NCBI GenBank assembly: GCA_021613535.1
Contig: CP075495.1
Coordinates: 930,001-994,000, forward strand
Direction of reading: 5' to 3'
Origin: Adineta vaga
Lineage: Eukaryota; Animalia; Rotifera
DNA: 64,000 nt
Shown here: positions 13,601-25,685 of the stretch, piece by piece
Layout of the letters: every line of letters starts with the position of its first letter
How positions within the stretch are numbered: position 1 is the stretch's first letter
The notes under the pieces: generated by a model
What the model was told of the DNA's origin: nothing
Seen by the model: only the letters and a program-made list of their open reading frames with translations
Database searches by the model: none
Translations under genes and position numbers: made by a program

Positions 13601-16121
13601 GTAACATTTCTGTGTTTTGTGAAGAGATGATCTTTCAAAAGGAATTTGATCTATGAATGTTTTTTTTATCGTTTTGTAAAGACATATATTGGTATTTTGT
13701 ATAATTATTTCTATACTCAAACGAATATTTGCAGGTTTCTTTTAATAATAGAAAAGGGAAAAAAAGTAATAGTTGACTTCTTATCGAAAAACATTAACGA
13801 ATGTCGGAGTTGGTCGTTCGCAAATAGAGAATGTAGAAGAGAAAAGAAAAACCGCAGTGCGAAAAAAAAAGACGAGAGAACAATTGTAGAGACCTTCTTC
13901 TCTTTGTAGTCCACAGAATTGCAATCATTAAAAAGCACTTAAATCTCCGAACTCATTTCGTAGCCAGATGGTGTGTTTTATATTTATTCACTGACTTTTT
14001 TTTTCCTTTTTATTGTCATTTATTTGAACAATCGTAGAAGTGCAGCTTGTGCAGGTAAATACGAATTGTATTTATTAGTTTTATAATCATTTCATTCCCA
14101 AAAAAACACAGACTAGATTGTATAGAATCAAAAAAAAGAAAAGAAAAGGAGATCTTTTTCTTGCACGATAATGATTATATCGCTCCATCTGGTAATGTCA
14201 TCTGACGCCCAATGACAATTCACTGCTGTTCGAGTTTGTTATTGATTTTGTTGAGTCGCTGACTATGATTCTTCCTCCCTACTGTTTTAGTGAGAAGAGC
14301 AAGGCTAAAGGAAAAAAAATAGCTAGCATTATCTTCGTCGTTGATGGCATCAACGACGTTAATGTTGACCTTCACTCGTCGGTTCTCATCTATAGATATA
14401 TATACATACGCAATAACAAGCAGAATTGATTATGTTATATGTACATGCAAACAGCGTTCCTTCTTTCAAGATAACAACAACAACAACAACAACAAAATTC
14501 TCTTTTCTATAGAATATATATATATATATCATTCAATACTCGACAACAAGGATTCATACTTGACAGAGAGAAAGACGAGTGAGATACCACCACCATTGCC
14601 GCCGCCATCATCATCATCATCATCATAGAAAACAATAAACAAACCACAAATGGCTAATTTCTAATATATAGTCAGGATATGGATAACGTGCCTTTTTCTT
14701 TCTTGTCTGTTTCCATTTGTCACAAATCTATTTCCTTCTTCTCGTATCAGTATTTTTTTTTCATGACTCAAAAGTCTTTGTTCGTCTAAAAGGTTTATAT
14801 TGGTTTTTAGACGTATTCATATTTTCTTTTTTTTATCGTTCTTTTTGACTCTTTTTCTCTCCCTTTTTTCTCTTTTTTCACTCTTTTTCTTTTTTTTATT
14901 GTTTGCTCCATTCATAGTAAGGTATTTTTCACATTAAAAAACAACTAGAAAAGACAGGTAAGGCCGCGGCAAGAAAGAAAAACGAAACAGTAATAATATT
15001 TCAATTTTACTATCGTCATTTTATTATCATCATTGAATTGACGAGTTTTTTCAACATATCGAAGGATAAGAATGAAATAAGACAATACTTTTATTCAATT
15101 AATAGAAGATGATATAATTGTACATGACATGCATAGAAAAGAATAGCTGAAGATATTTTTATTATCTTAGTCAGAATAGATTTGTCGTCTTCCAAATCGT
15201 ACTTCATTGAAAAATAATAATAAGAAAAGAAGCAACTTATGCATGTGTATGTATATATATGCAAAAATAACAGATTCTTGTTTGTCTTTTTCTTTTCCTC
15301 TTTTTCCTTTTTTTTTTTCATAAGTAAGTAAGTACGCTCTCATACACCGACCGCAAAAACACCTCTTTCTTGTCAAGTGAATAATCTTAGTGATGTTGGC
15401 GAAGTAAACGAAAAAAAGAATCGAAACAAGCGAGAAAGGAAAAGAAAAAAGACATAAATGAAAGCGACGTATTTGAAAAAAAATAAATTCCGTCCTCTGG
15501 TTACCATTACCATCATTGGTTAACATATACAAAATACTTGAATTGGCTTCTTCTTTTTTTTTCTCGCGCATTTTATTTTGCATACGTGAGAGAGATAATA
15601 AATTATATACATAGAGTCACGAATACATTTACAGATCTATCGAAAGGTTATTGAGAATCAAATAAAAATTAACACTTTGATTTCTTTTAGTCATATAACC
15701 TTGACTCGATTACTTTGTGTATGTTTTTATTCTTCTTGTCTTTCCTTGATAGATTGATTAGATCTGTTTTCAATATATCAACAATTGATTATTTATCTCG
15801 ACAAATGCATACCTGCACGACATATTAATCTACGGAATCAATGAATAGAGAAGAGAGATGAAAGGAAAAAGTATTTCTTTTTCTTTTATCTTTGTATAAG
15901 ACGTAGTACTAAGATCCGAATCTTACTAACATATTTAGCATAACATCGAGCTGTTCTTCGTTGTTTATATTATATCTATCGCGGTTAGATGGTCTGTTAT
16001 TTTTCTTCGATTCGCACGTCATTTATATGTAGACAAGCCCTATTTTATATCTGCGGTTTTTTCTTCTTCTTGTTTTAGATCTGTTTTCTGTAGAACCTAT
16101 TGTTACAGTCACCCGTTTTCT

Positions 16122-17630
16122 ATGGCGGACGATCAAGAAGCGGCAAGTGAAGAAGAAAATGTACCAGATTATGGTACAGACGATATACTAGAAACGACAA
16201 CACAACCACCAGCAATAGTCGATGAAGTACAACTAACAACAACTGCTACTCTAGACGATTTTGCTGATGATGAAGAAGATTTACCTGACGTTACGGTCAA
16301 TTTATTCATTAATGATGATGGAACTGGCGATGTTACAGTACCATCTGATATAGTACAGTTAGGTTTAACAGATATTTATGGGAATCCTATTACTTCAACA
16401 TCCTGGGTTGATACAGTACATGATTATACAGCGGCAATTACTCAAGGAGTGTCCGATGAATTGAACGGCAATGGTACTAGTATTGGTGGAAAAGGATGGT
16501 TCGGTGAGTTTATTCGATTTAAAATTTCCTATAGAATAACAAAGACGAGAAAAGTGAGTGAGAAAATGTTTTACTTGATATGTGTACGTGTTTGATTAAA
16601 CGTACAAGTTTGAGCAAGAAAAAAAAAGAAGATAACTAGAAACTGATAAGACACATCGAGGGAAAAGAGATGGTTGTGTTCTATATAAGGCTTTTGTTCT
16701 GACTAATGTCTATACATTTAGAACGAAGAAGAATGAATAGATCTTTAACAATAGTTAATTTGAAAGAACAGATGAAAAAAAAAATCTTCGTGATAATGAG
16801 TAAAACAAGGCCGACGGTTTTTTCTTTTTGTGCAACTACCAATTTTCTAAGCTCATTTTTCAATTGACATCCCGTCGGTTTTCTTTTTCGTTTTTTTTCC
16901 CTAACAAATGAAATCCTTGAAAGTTGAGACGACTAAGACAGAACGGAACAAAATGTGTTTATGTGTCTCCGTTCTTTTCTCCTGTCTTGTTGCATTCATC
17001 TAACACTTCATTTGAAACATTATTGTAAAAAAAAAAGAAAATCTCGAAGAAATGAATGAAAAAAAAAGAATAAAGAACAGGAAAGAGAGAAAGAATACGA
17101 AAGCACTACTACAATGAGTAAATAAGCAAATAAGTGTTCGTTTCTCCTCTTTTTTTTCTCTCCAATTTGTGCTGCTTTTATCGCAGTCTTCAAGTACATA
17201 TACATCAATTAGAGAAAAGTTTTCTTTACTTGTTGGTCTTTGTCTATCTATCTCCTCTTCAACTATGACTTCTGATATTGAGACGGTATTTGTTCAACTT
17301 AACATTGATAATGGTCGTTCATTGGTTGATACAGATTCTAAAACAGGAGCATTCTTATCTCAAGGTTTTATTTTCTTTTTCAATGAAAAAAAAGAGATTA
17401 TAATACCATTTTAATTTATAGGTCCATGGACTTGGAATAAAATATTATTTGTTGGTTTAATTGCTTTATGTATCATTGGAATTATTCTCGCTATTTTATT
17501 TATCGTTATCGGTAAAAAATTCCAAAAAAATAAAAGAACAACAACAACTGGTTCTACTACGACAACGAAAAATGTAGTCACTACCAATATTGCAGCAGGT
17601 GGAAAATATGAACCAGTGCGAAATGTTTAA
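16122..17630 (+). CDS. Single-pass membrane protein with acidic N-terminus (exon 16122-16503 joined to 17422-17630; alternative first exon 17265-17364)
   Basis: Both upstream exons end in phase-1 donors that fit the acceptor at 17421. The last exon encodes the TM helix ILFVGLIALCIIGIILAILFIVIG, basic KKFQKNKR and the tail GKYEPVRNV*. Confidence 0.65.
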
Positions 17631-17636
17631 AAGAAA

Positions 17637-17661
17637 TTCTTTCTTTCTTTCTTTCTTTCTT
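17637..17661. repeat. (TTCT)n microsatellite
   Basis: ttctttctttctttctttctttctt just after the stop codon. Confidence 0.7.
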
Positions 17662-19248
17662 TTTTGTCATGTGTCCTACTTCTTTTCTTTTTCTATCTCT
17701 AAGTTCTTGCTTTGTCTTTTCGGTTCTTAATTAAGAGTGCGTTTTTACTTTATTTGTGTGTGCGGAGTGTTTTTTGTGCAAGATGATGATGATCGATGGT
17801 TCTATTTCTATTTTTTTTTCTTCGTTCGTTTTATAATATACACACACACATATATAGATGAATTTTTTATATCTTGTTTGTTAAATCAGGTGATCAAATG
17901 ATTAGTAGAACGTAAATGTGTGAACAATAATCAAAATCCAAATTATCCATCAATGAAAAGTGATCAAATAGGAAACGATGATCGAAAAAATAATTCCCAT
18001 TTAGTTGTTATTTTAGAATACTTTACCATAAACAGAAATAAAATTTTTATGTTTAAATATCATATTTATCGTATTGATGAATATCACGTTTTATGTTATG
18101 ATTCATTAGAAAAGAGAGAAAAAAAAACGATTATTCTTATCAGTTATAAATGATTACATATAAAATTGAATTAATTAGATCGATATATCATGATTATAAT
18201 AAATATCTTTTCTTTTTTTTCTTAATATAAAAAATATCTTCTAGTAACAATATATGTACATGAATATATATTTACCTTGAAATAATAATATTTTGTAAAT
18301 AGTACGTTTATTTCTTTTGTAGAGTAAAAAAATCAATCAATAATTATTTATTTTCGTTTTTTTACTAATTCTTTGATCAAATAGACAGAGATATTAATTT
18401 TATAAGATTTTCCCAAGAGAAATCTCGAAAGAATATATTATTATTATTATTATTATTTGAAAGATAGAATTCTCGAAGGATTTTAACAAATAAAAAAGAT
18501 AACTATTCAGAAGTGTGATATTTTGTTTTGCTAATAAGATTATTTGCTCTAAGACTTTGTTATTTTGTTAGGTCAGGAAGAAATACAATAATATTGACAA
18601 TCTTTTCTTTTCTTTTCTTTTCTATTCATCTTTTTTTGTAAACACAATATTAATGACATTTGTGTTTTCATAGTTAATAACAATGTCAAAGTTATCTTAC
18701 AAAACTCAACTAGTAAATCAATATTATTAATTAAATATACAATGGTCTATTTCAATTCTTTCTCTCTCTCTCTATATATATATATATATGTATTATATTA
18801 AAAACAACTTACTTGATTCTGAACTAAAAGAACTAAATTCATTTTCGTATATGTATAATACTTTGATATTAATGACGAGTTTTAGATATTATACTATCGT
18901 GTTGAGATAAAAAGTTAATGACAAGAAATAATGTTGTGTACAACATGATAGAATATGATTGTGGAAAAGAAAGTAATGATGTGTCAAAATATATATTAAT
19001 GTATGAAGGCTGTTCGATATAACGTTCACATGTACAATTTCATGTTTAACACAAAAGAACAGTTGTTTTATTTACTGATATGTAAACTTCAAATTGTTAA
19101 AAGTTCATGAGTTGCTTCTCATTCGAATTCGAATATAAATATACATTCATCTATTTGATGTCATTTCGAAAATAAATCACGAAACATGAGGTAGAGATTA
19201 GATTTTATCTATATGGGATTATACTTCACACAGGAATAAATAGGAATA

Positions 19249-19390
19249 GTTTTCTTTTGTTTACCATTGATTATAATTGTAAATTCATCACATGAGTAAC
19301 AAAGTTTAAATCTTTATTGATAAAAGATAATGACCATTGGAGCACATTTTGAAAATCATCGTTTATATTCGAAGTCGAATTAGACAGATA
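19249..19390 (+). repeat. Dispersed repeat, copy A (inverted copy at 36269-36438)
   Basis: atgagtaacaaagtttaaatcttta...gagcacattttgaaaatcatc...tattcgaagtcgaattagacagata matches the reverse complement of 36269-36367 with few mismatches. Confidence 0.85.
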
Positions 19391-19587
19391 TTCATTTGTT
19401 TTTCATTCTTATTTAGGACTCAATACAAAGAATGAATAATTAAAATAAATTGTTCGAGAAAAATCTTTGAAACTATCTATTTTTATTTATATTTCTAACT
19501 AATTTCTATTTCAATAAACACATTGAAATGATATGATCATTATGTTTTATTATAAATTGTCTTTTATTTTTCAAGATAAGTTTTCAA

Positions 19588-20520
19588 TTAAAATTGATGA
19601 TCCCATAGATTTTCTAATCGATATATTTCAATATCAGTTGTAGTAAAATTAGTTGAACCAGTAAATGTTAAATATCCTTTACCTGTTGTATCGATATAAC
19701 ATATTGGAAATTTAATAAAACTTTCTGAATTAATATTACTATTTGGATAAATAGTTAAATCATAATGACCAAATGTTGGTCCCATAGCATTTGGTACAAC
19801 AGCATTTTCACCAGATAATTTTGTTAAATATTTTGTTGATGGAATACCATTTGGATTAACTAATGTAAATAAAAATGCTTTTCGATCTTCAACAGCAGTA
19901 TTCATTCCTTGATGAAAATTCCAACTAACCGATGTATAACCACCAAATAAATATTTATCTAATGTTTGAATAATTGTCATTGTTGGACCTTGACTATCTG
20001 AACAACGATGAAAATCATCAATACTAAAACCATCTCGTGATGCTTTATAAATTAAATGCCATTTTTGAATTTCATTTCCATAAAATTTATTTAATTGTAA
20101 TTGATCTTCAGGTGTTAATAATGTTCCACCAAGAAATAAATGTCGTGGTGATGATATTTCATATTCTAATAATGATGAAGATGATTCCATAAAAACACGA
20201 AGAATTGTTGACCAATCAATTGGTGTTATATGAAGTTTAATATGTGGTGCATATGTATTTAATGTTCGATTAAGATCTCGAAGTTTTAGATTTAAATCAT
20301 CAATTGAATTTTCTGTATTACTACGTCGTCGTGGATAATCATGTATATCTTGTGTTATTGTTGAATTTGATGACATCATTAAATCACTAATACGTTGTCG
20401 AGCACGATCTGCTGTTTGTTTAACAAGTAATAATGTTCCACGTTCCCATTGATCAATTTCATCGAGAAGTGTAGCAGATTGCGAACGACTAGATACAGAT
20501 GAACGACGAGAAGTATTCAT
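19588..20520 (-). CDS. TLDc-domain protein with N-terminal helical/coiled-coil region
   Basis: WHLIYKASRDGFSIDDFHRCSDSQGPTMTII...FGGYTSVSW...AFLFTL...GPTFG...IEIY. Probable ATG at 20520 (MNTSRR). Confidence 0.9.
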   Translation of the reverse strand: MNTSRRSSVSSRSQSATLLDEIDQWERGTLLLVKQTADRARQRISDLMMSSNSTITQDIHDYPRRRSNTENSIDDLNLKLRDLNRTLNTYAPHIKLHITPIDWSTILRVFMESSSSLLEYEISSPRHLFLGGTLLTPEDQLQLNKFYGNEIQKWHLIYKASRDGFSIDDFHRCSDSQGPTMTIIQTLDKYLFGGYTSVSWNFHQGMNTAVEDRKAFLFTLVNPNGIPSTKYLTKLSGENAVVPNAMGPTFGHYDLTIYPNSNINSESFIKFPICYIDTTGKGYLTFTGSTNFTTTDIEIYRLENLWDHQF

Positions 20521-20920
20521 TTTTATTTTAAAATGATTTATTTTAACAGAAAATTGCGTCGTTGAATAAAAGAAGACGTTTGAATTGAGAGGAATAAAAA
20601 AACGGTATGTTTCTGACGAAGAAAAAGAATTTATAAAAGCTACGACGCTTTTTCTTTCTTCAAAACAACACACGCATGTTTTTGTTAACTTAGAAGAATT
20701 TTTCTTGTTTTTTAGTTCCAAGACACGAGAAGTCGTTGAAAAAGATGCTTTCGAAAATTATAGATTTAGTATGAAATAAAACTTTATTTCCGTAGTTTCT
20801 TGATTTAACTACTTGTTAATATTAACATTTGTTCACAACATGTTGATTTTCTTTTCTTGTCAATAATTCATTCATTTCCTTTGATTAAGAAAATTTTCTA
20901 ATCATATTGCATGCATTCAA

Positions 20921-21568
20921 ATGAACTCTATCACACAAATATCATCTTTCTCTCAATTTCATATACGTTTAATATGTGAAGAAAATCGTCATGAAGTTAT
21001 ATCTTTATTATTAAATTCATTTTTTCAAGATGAACCTTTAGCTTTATGTCTTCAATTAGATGAACCCATTGATTTTGCTAGAAATCTTTTTAATAATGCA
21101 TTACATGATCAATGTTCATTTGTTGTTTATGATAATCAAACGGAACGATTAGTTGGAATTTGTCTTAATGAAATTAAATTTAAAAATGATAAAGAAATAA
21201 TTAATGAACCAAATGAAAAGATTTCATTTATTCTTCATTTATTAAATTCTTTACATAAAAATCGAAATCTTTATCAAGAATTTCAAATCAATTCTCTTCT
21301 TCATATAATTATAATTAATATTGAAACAAATTATCGAGGTCATGGACTTGGTTCACAATTAATTTCAGCAACGATTGAATATGCAAAAAAAATGAATATT
21401 AAAGGAATTTACGCAGAAACCACAAATAGTTATTCATTAAATTGTTTTAAACAACATCATTTTGAAATCTATGATCAGATTATTTATATTGATTATGATT
21501 TTAATCGTCTAGCAAATCTTACAGATTCTCATCAAAATCAATGTCAACTCGTTGCACGAAGAGTTTAG
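20921..21568 (+). CDS. GNAT N-acetyltransferase, invertebrate arylalkylamine/dopamine N-acetyltransferase-like
   Basis: FFQDEPL motif and acetyl-CoA motif A YRGHGLGSQL, plus ETTNSYS. Confidence 0.85.
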   Translation: MNSITQISSFSQFHIRLICEENRHEVISLLLNSFFQDEPLALCLQLDEPIDFARNLFNNALHDQCSFVVYDNQTERLVGICLNEIKFKNDKEIINEPNEKISFILHLLNSLHKNRNLYQEFQINSLLHIIIINIETNYRGHGLGSQLISATIEYAKKMNIKGIYAETTNSYSLNCFKQHHFEIYDQIIYIDYDFNRLANLTDSHQNQCQLVARRV

Positions 21569-22076
21569 TCAATATATATATAAATATCGTTGCCTCGTCG
21601 GCAAATGACTCAACGAGAGAACGAAAGAAAAAATAAAATCATATATTTATCCTCGCTCCTTTCTGTCGTTTGTACATAATAAATAACCTTGTTTTTTTTA
21701 TCATCGTAAAAAGTATACTCGTTGCTCTTCGTATTTTATTTTAGTTGAAGGGATCGCCCCCTTAAAAACACTAGTTTTTCTGAGAAAGATCAGGATTTTA
21801 GAGTCTTACAGAAAAACTGATTTCAATCAAAACTCATTCTTAGATCTTCTTTTGAGTTTTCATCAAAACATGGTTTCCGCAAAGGAAAATGGGAATAACT
21901 CCCGTCCAGTTCGAAGTAAACCCAACCTGAGTTTTGTAACTTGTGTCGCGGTCAAATTATGTAGAAACTCGGGAAGGCTAAAGAAATGTGGATAAATTGT
22001 TTTTTTTCTTTTTCTGTTCTATTCGATGTGAATATTTACTGGTTATACTTTTATATCATACAATCGATTTGTTTAG

Positions 22077-23372
22077 ATGGCAAAAGGATCATCTGATTCT
22101 GAAAATAAAAATGTTGATCCATTGAAAAATTTTCTTGCTGGTGGTGTTGGAGGTGCTTGTCTAGTTGTTATTGGACATCCACCCGATACAATTAAAGTTC
22201 AGTTACAAACAATGCCTGAACCAAAAAAAGGAGAGAAACCAATGTATAATGGAGCAATTGATTGTGTAAAGAAGACCGTGAGAAAAGAGGTTTGTTTGCT
22301 TTTTTTGTCTGTTTTAGATTATTTGATTGATTTTTTCTTGTAAATAGGGGTTTTTATCACTTTATCGAGGTGTTGGTTCGATGTTTGTCGGAGTTACTCC
22401 AACATCAGCTTTATCGTTTTTTGGAAATAGTATTGGCAAAAAAATGCAAACACCATCAAGAAGTGATGGAGATTATAGGTGAATGAAGATTGTGCCTTGT
22501 TCAATGGATTTTATTGATTTTATTATTCAGTTTACCGCAATTATTTTTAGCTGGATCCATTGCTGGTATTACAAATACAATTGTATTGACTCCTGTTGAA
22601 AGAGTCAAATGTTTATTACAAGTAAATATTGATTTTGATCATATTATCAAATGAATTTTTTCCTTACTAAGGCTCAAGAAACAGCAAAAATAAATAAGAA
22701 TGTTTCAGCAACAGAATATAAAGGATCATTTGATTGTGCAAAACAATTGTATCAAAAGGGTGGAATACAAAGTTTGTATCGAGGAGCAGCGATTACGATT
22801 GGTCGAGGTATGTATTGATTATTTCTATTAAAATCTATGTAATTATTATAGGTATTCCAACGTGGGGAGTTTATTTTTGTACATATGATGGTTTAAAACG
22901 ATCATTAAAATCGAAAGGATATTCGTAAGTAATATATTATTGAAAATAATTCGACTAAAGATTATCTTTTAAGGGAAAAATTGAGTGCATGGAGAACAAT
23001 TTTAGCTGGTGGAACTGCTGGATTATTTAGTTGATTTGTAGCAATGCCTGCAGATGTTTTAAAATCAAGATTACAAAGTGGTATGTCGAGAAGGTTTAAG
23101 GGAGAAAGGAAATTATTTTTTTGTGTTTTTCTATAGCACCATCAGATAAATATCCACATGGTGCACGTGATGTTTTTCGGGAATTACGGAAAAAAGAAGG
23201 ACTTGGTTCACTCTATCGTGGTACAACAGCGATTTTAATACGAGCATTTCCAGCAAATGCGGTAAGATAGTACGAAATGATACTGTATATCGTTTGTTTT
23301 TTATCAATGTGTAATTAGGCATGTTTTCTTGGTTATGAAATAGCAATGGAAGCTTTGAATAAATTATATTAA
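22077..23372 (+). CDS. SLC25A20: Mitochondrial carnitine/acylcarnitine carrier (SLC25A20/colt-like), multi-exon, with an in-frame TGA at 23032-23034
   Basis: [65 protein letters not shown]. Exons are bounded by GT-AG introns. The conserved W in AGLFS[W]FVAMP reads TGA. Confidence 0.88.
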
Positions 23373-23592
23373 TAAAGATTTAACACTTGTCTCACTATTA
23401 ATAATTCACTTATCGATAATCGTGAAACGTTCAAGTCTTCTATTAGAAGATTTTCTCTACGATTAAAAATATGATTAAAATCGATGAAGAAGAGATAATT
23501 GATTTTTGTCTACTGACAAATAAAAGTTTATTATTCGTTTCATGAAAATAATTAATAAAATAAATATATAAATGAATAGCTCTGTTTTCATC

Positions 23593-23746
23593 ATACATGT
23601 AGAACTTGAAAGTTCTATTCAATTGAAATTAGATTTTAAGTTTCAACCGCACTATCCTATTTGAAAGTCCTTCGTAACACTCTCACACACCTTACAATTG
23701 AAACTTAGGTTTCTAATTGAACAGAACTTTCAAGTTCTAAATTTAT
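23593..23746. mobile_element. MITE-like foldback element, about 150 bp
   Basis: Left arm tagaacttgaaagttctattcaatt...taagtttcaa matches the reverse complement of the right arm (tagaacttgaaagttctgttcaatt...taagtttcaa). Confidence 0.7.
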
Positions 23747-23915
23747 AATTTATTACGAAGTATAGACACAGAAACAAAAAGAAACGATGATTAAGGACTT
23801 ATACATGTACAATAGATTGTATAAAGAACAACATTCAGACAAACTAGGACAAAAACAAATAGTGTTATATATAATAATAAATCGGTTTGTTGATATGAAA
23901 GTTAAATAATTCAAT

Positions 23916-24857
23916 TCATTGTTGATCAGTTCTTCGAAATGGAGTATTTACTTCTGTTTTCACACGATTTCGTCGTCGTAGTTCTGAATTTGACAATAAA
24001 ACTACAAATGGATAAAATAAATGAATAAAATATGGTAAAATAAACATATAATCAATTTGAAATTGACCAGATATTTTCACAGTCCAAACAAGATTATAAA
24101 TCGATACTGATTTCAATGGTGCCCACATAAAAAAATAAAGACACGCGATTGTCAATAATTGAATGACCATTTTTCGATCTCGTTTCCATCGAAAAATTTC
24201 CATTTGCATTTGTCGTTTTTGAAAAACAAAACGAATAAAAAGAGAACCACTCAGTAGAGGAATTGCAAAAATAGGTGTCCAATTATTTAAAAATGTATCA
24301 ATATTACCAATTGTTATATCCATAAAATAACATGGCATTATGCAAAGAAGTTGTGTGAAATCATAAACAGATTCACATGGATAAAGAAAAATCAAAATAA
24401 AATAAAATAATGCAGGATATAATATACATATTACAATTGGAATATAATGATAAAATATTCGTTGACGTTGTGTTCTTAATGGATTTAAACGAAAGATAAG
24501 CCAATGACGTTCAGTACAAGAAAATGCCATTAAAATTAGATTACTAATATTTATAGTATAATGAATCCATGTCCAAATAGAACAAAAAAGATAAGTTGAT
24601 GGTCGAACAGTTGCTGTATAGAAGAATGCTTCACTTGCAGATACAGGAATTGTAATGAAGAGAAAACTACTACAAAGAAGAACAATAACAACATGATGAT
24701 GAATCGATTGACGAAGTCTAGGTCGTGTTGCATATTGAATGAAAAGATATAATGAACAGATTATGGATGGAATTTGTAAAATTAGAAAAAGTGAAAATCG
24801 AATTTTATTTGTAATTGTTGTCGAAGAATTCGTAGAATTTGATAGGTTTGATGACAT
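23916..24857 (-). CDS. Intronless rhodopsin-like 7TM GPCR (divergent, ERH motif)
   Basis: CSIW in TM3, LMAFSCTERHWLIF, RKMVIQLL, PFV; seven TM segments. Confidence 0.85.
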   Translation of the reverse strand: MSSNLSNSTNSSTTITNKIRFSLFLILQIPSIICSLYLFIQYATRPRLRQSIHHHVVIVLLCSSFLFITIPVSASEAFFYTATVRPSTYLFCSIWTWIHYTINISNLILMAFSCTERHWLIFRLNPLRTQRQRIFYHYIPIVICILYPALFYFILIFLYPCESVYDFTQLLCIMPCYFMDITIGNIDTFLNNWTPIFAIPLLSGSLFIRFVFQKRQMQMEIFRWKRDRKMVIQLLTIACLYFFMWAPLKSVSIYNLVWTVKISGQFQIDYMFILPYFIHLFYPFVVLLSNSELRRRNRVKTEVNTPFRRTDQQ

Positions 24858-25685
24858 AATTTTAATAATTGAAATGAAAAAGTTTACTGTTTTTATCTAA
24901 GGACATATATTTATTTAAAAAAAAATGTCATTAGATCAAAAAGTAGAAATTCATTTTTAACTTAGATTATTTCTATAAAAAGATTATTGTATACTGTTTG
25001 ATCAATCAAGCTTTATTTTTTAATAGGATTTTAGATGTAATGTCTGAATATATCATATCATATAGAAATGCACAACATTATAATAATGATGTGTCTATAA
25101 AACCAACATTTATATTTTTATCTCATTTAAACATGATTTTATTCAGTGCGTAATTGAATAATTATTTATATTCAACATTCAATTATCAATTCAAAAAATA
25201 AGTTTCTTTCATCTGGTAAAAATAAAGAAAAATAAGTGGATAGTACCTAACTTTACTTTCAATTATTAAATTTGTTTATTCATTATATCTATTTATATAA
25301 CGAGGCACGTATAATCAAGTGGTTTCTCATTATTTTCTACATCATTAACCTATAATCTGACATAAAGAAGTCATTTTTCTAAAAAAAAACAATTTCTCAT
25401 GAAACTCTCTTGAACATTCGAGTTAAACTTGAATTCAATTGACACATAAACTTTCAATGACTACATGTATGGTTATTTGCTATCGCTAATTAACGAAATA
25501 ATTATTCATAGAGATAAAATTTAATCTCTATCATAATCATAATTCGACAATACAATAAATAATAAGAGAAATGAACATTAAAGAGAAAATGTGAATGTGA
25601 ATAGAATTACGTTAATCATTCGACTATCGTAACTGTTGAAAATATTCTGTCATTATTTATATGAAATAAAATGTTATATAAGTCA

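Noticed and set aside
10650-16100. Short ORFs (13033, 13646, 13717, 14341, 15091, 15167)
   Set aside because: Low-complexity F/K/poly-N translations of AT-rich and microsatellite DNA, with no motifs or consistent splice structure.
21745-21990. GC-richer segment upstream of the carrier gene, possibly an ncRNA or TE fragment in a 5' UTR intron
   Set aside because: No recognisable tRNA or snoRNA boxes and no terminal repeats.
23032-23034. Alternative genetic code or selenocysteine for the TGA
   Set aside because: TGA terminates other genes in the window, the homologous residue is Trp rather than Cys, and no SECIS was seen.
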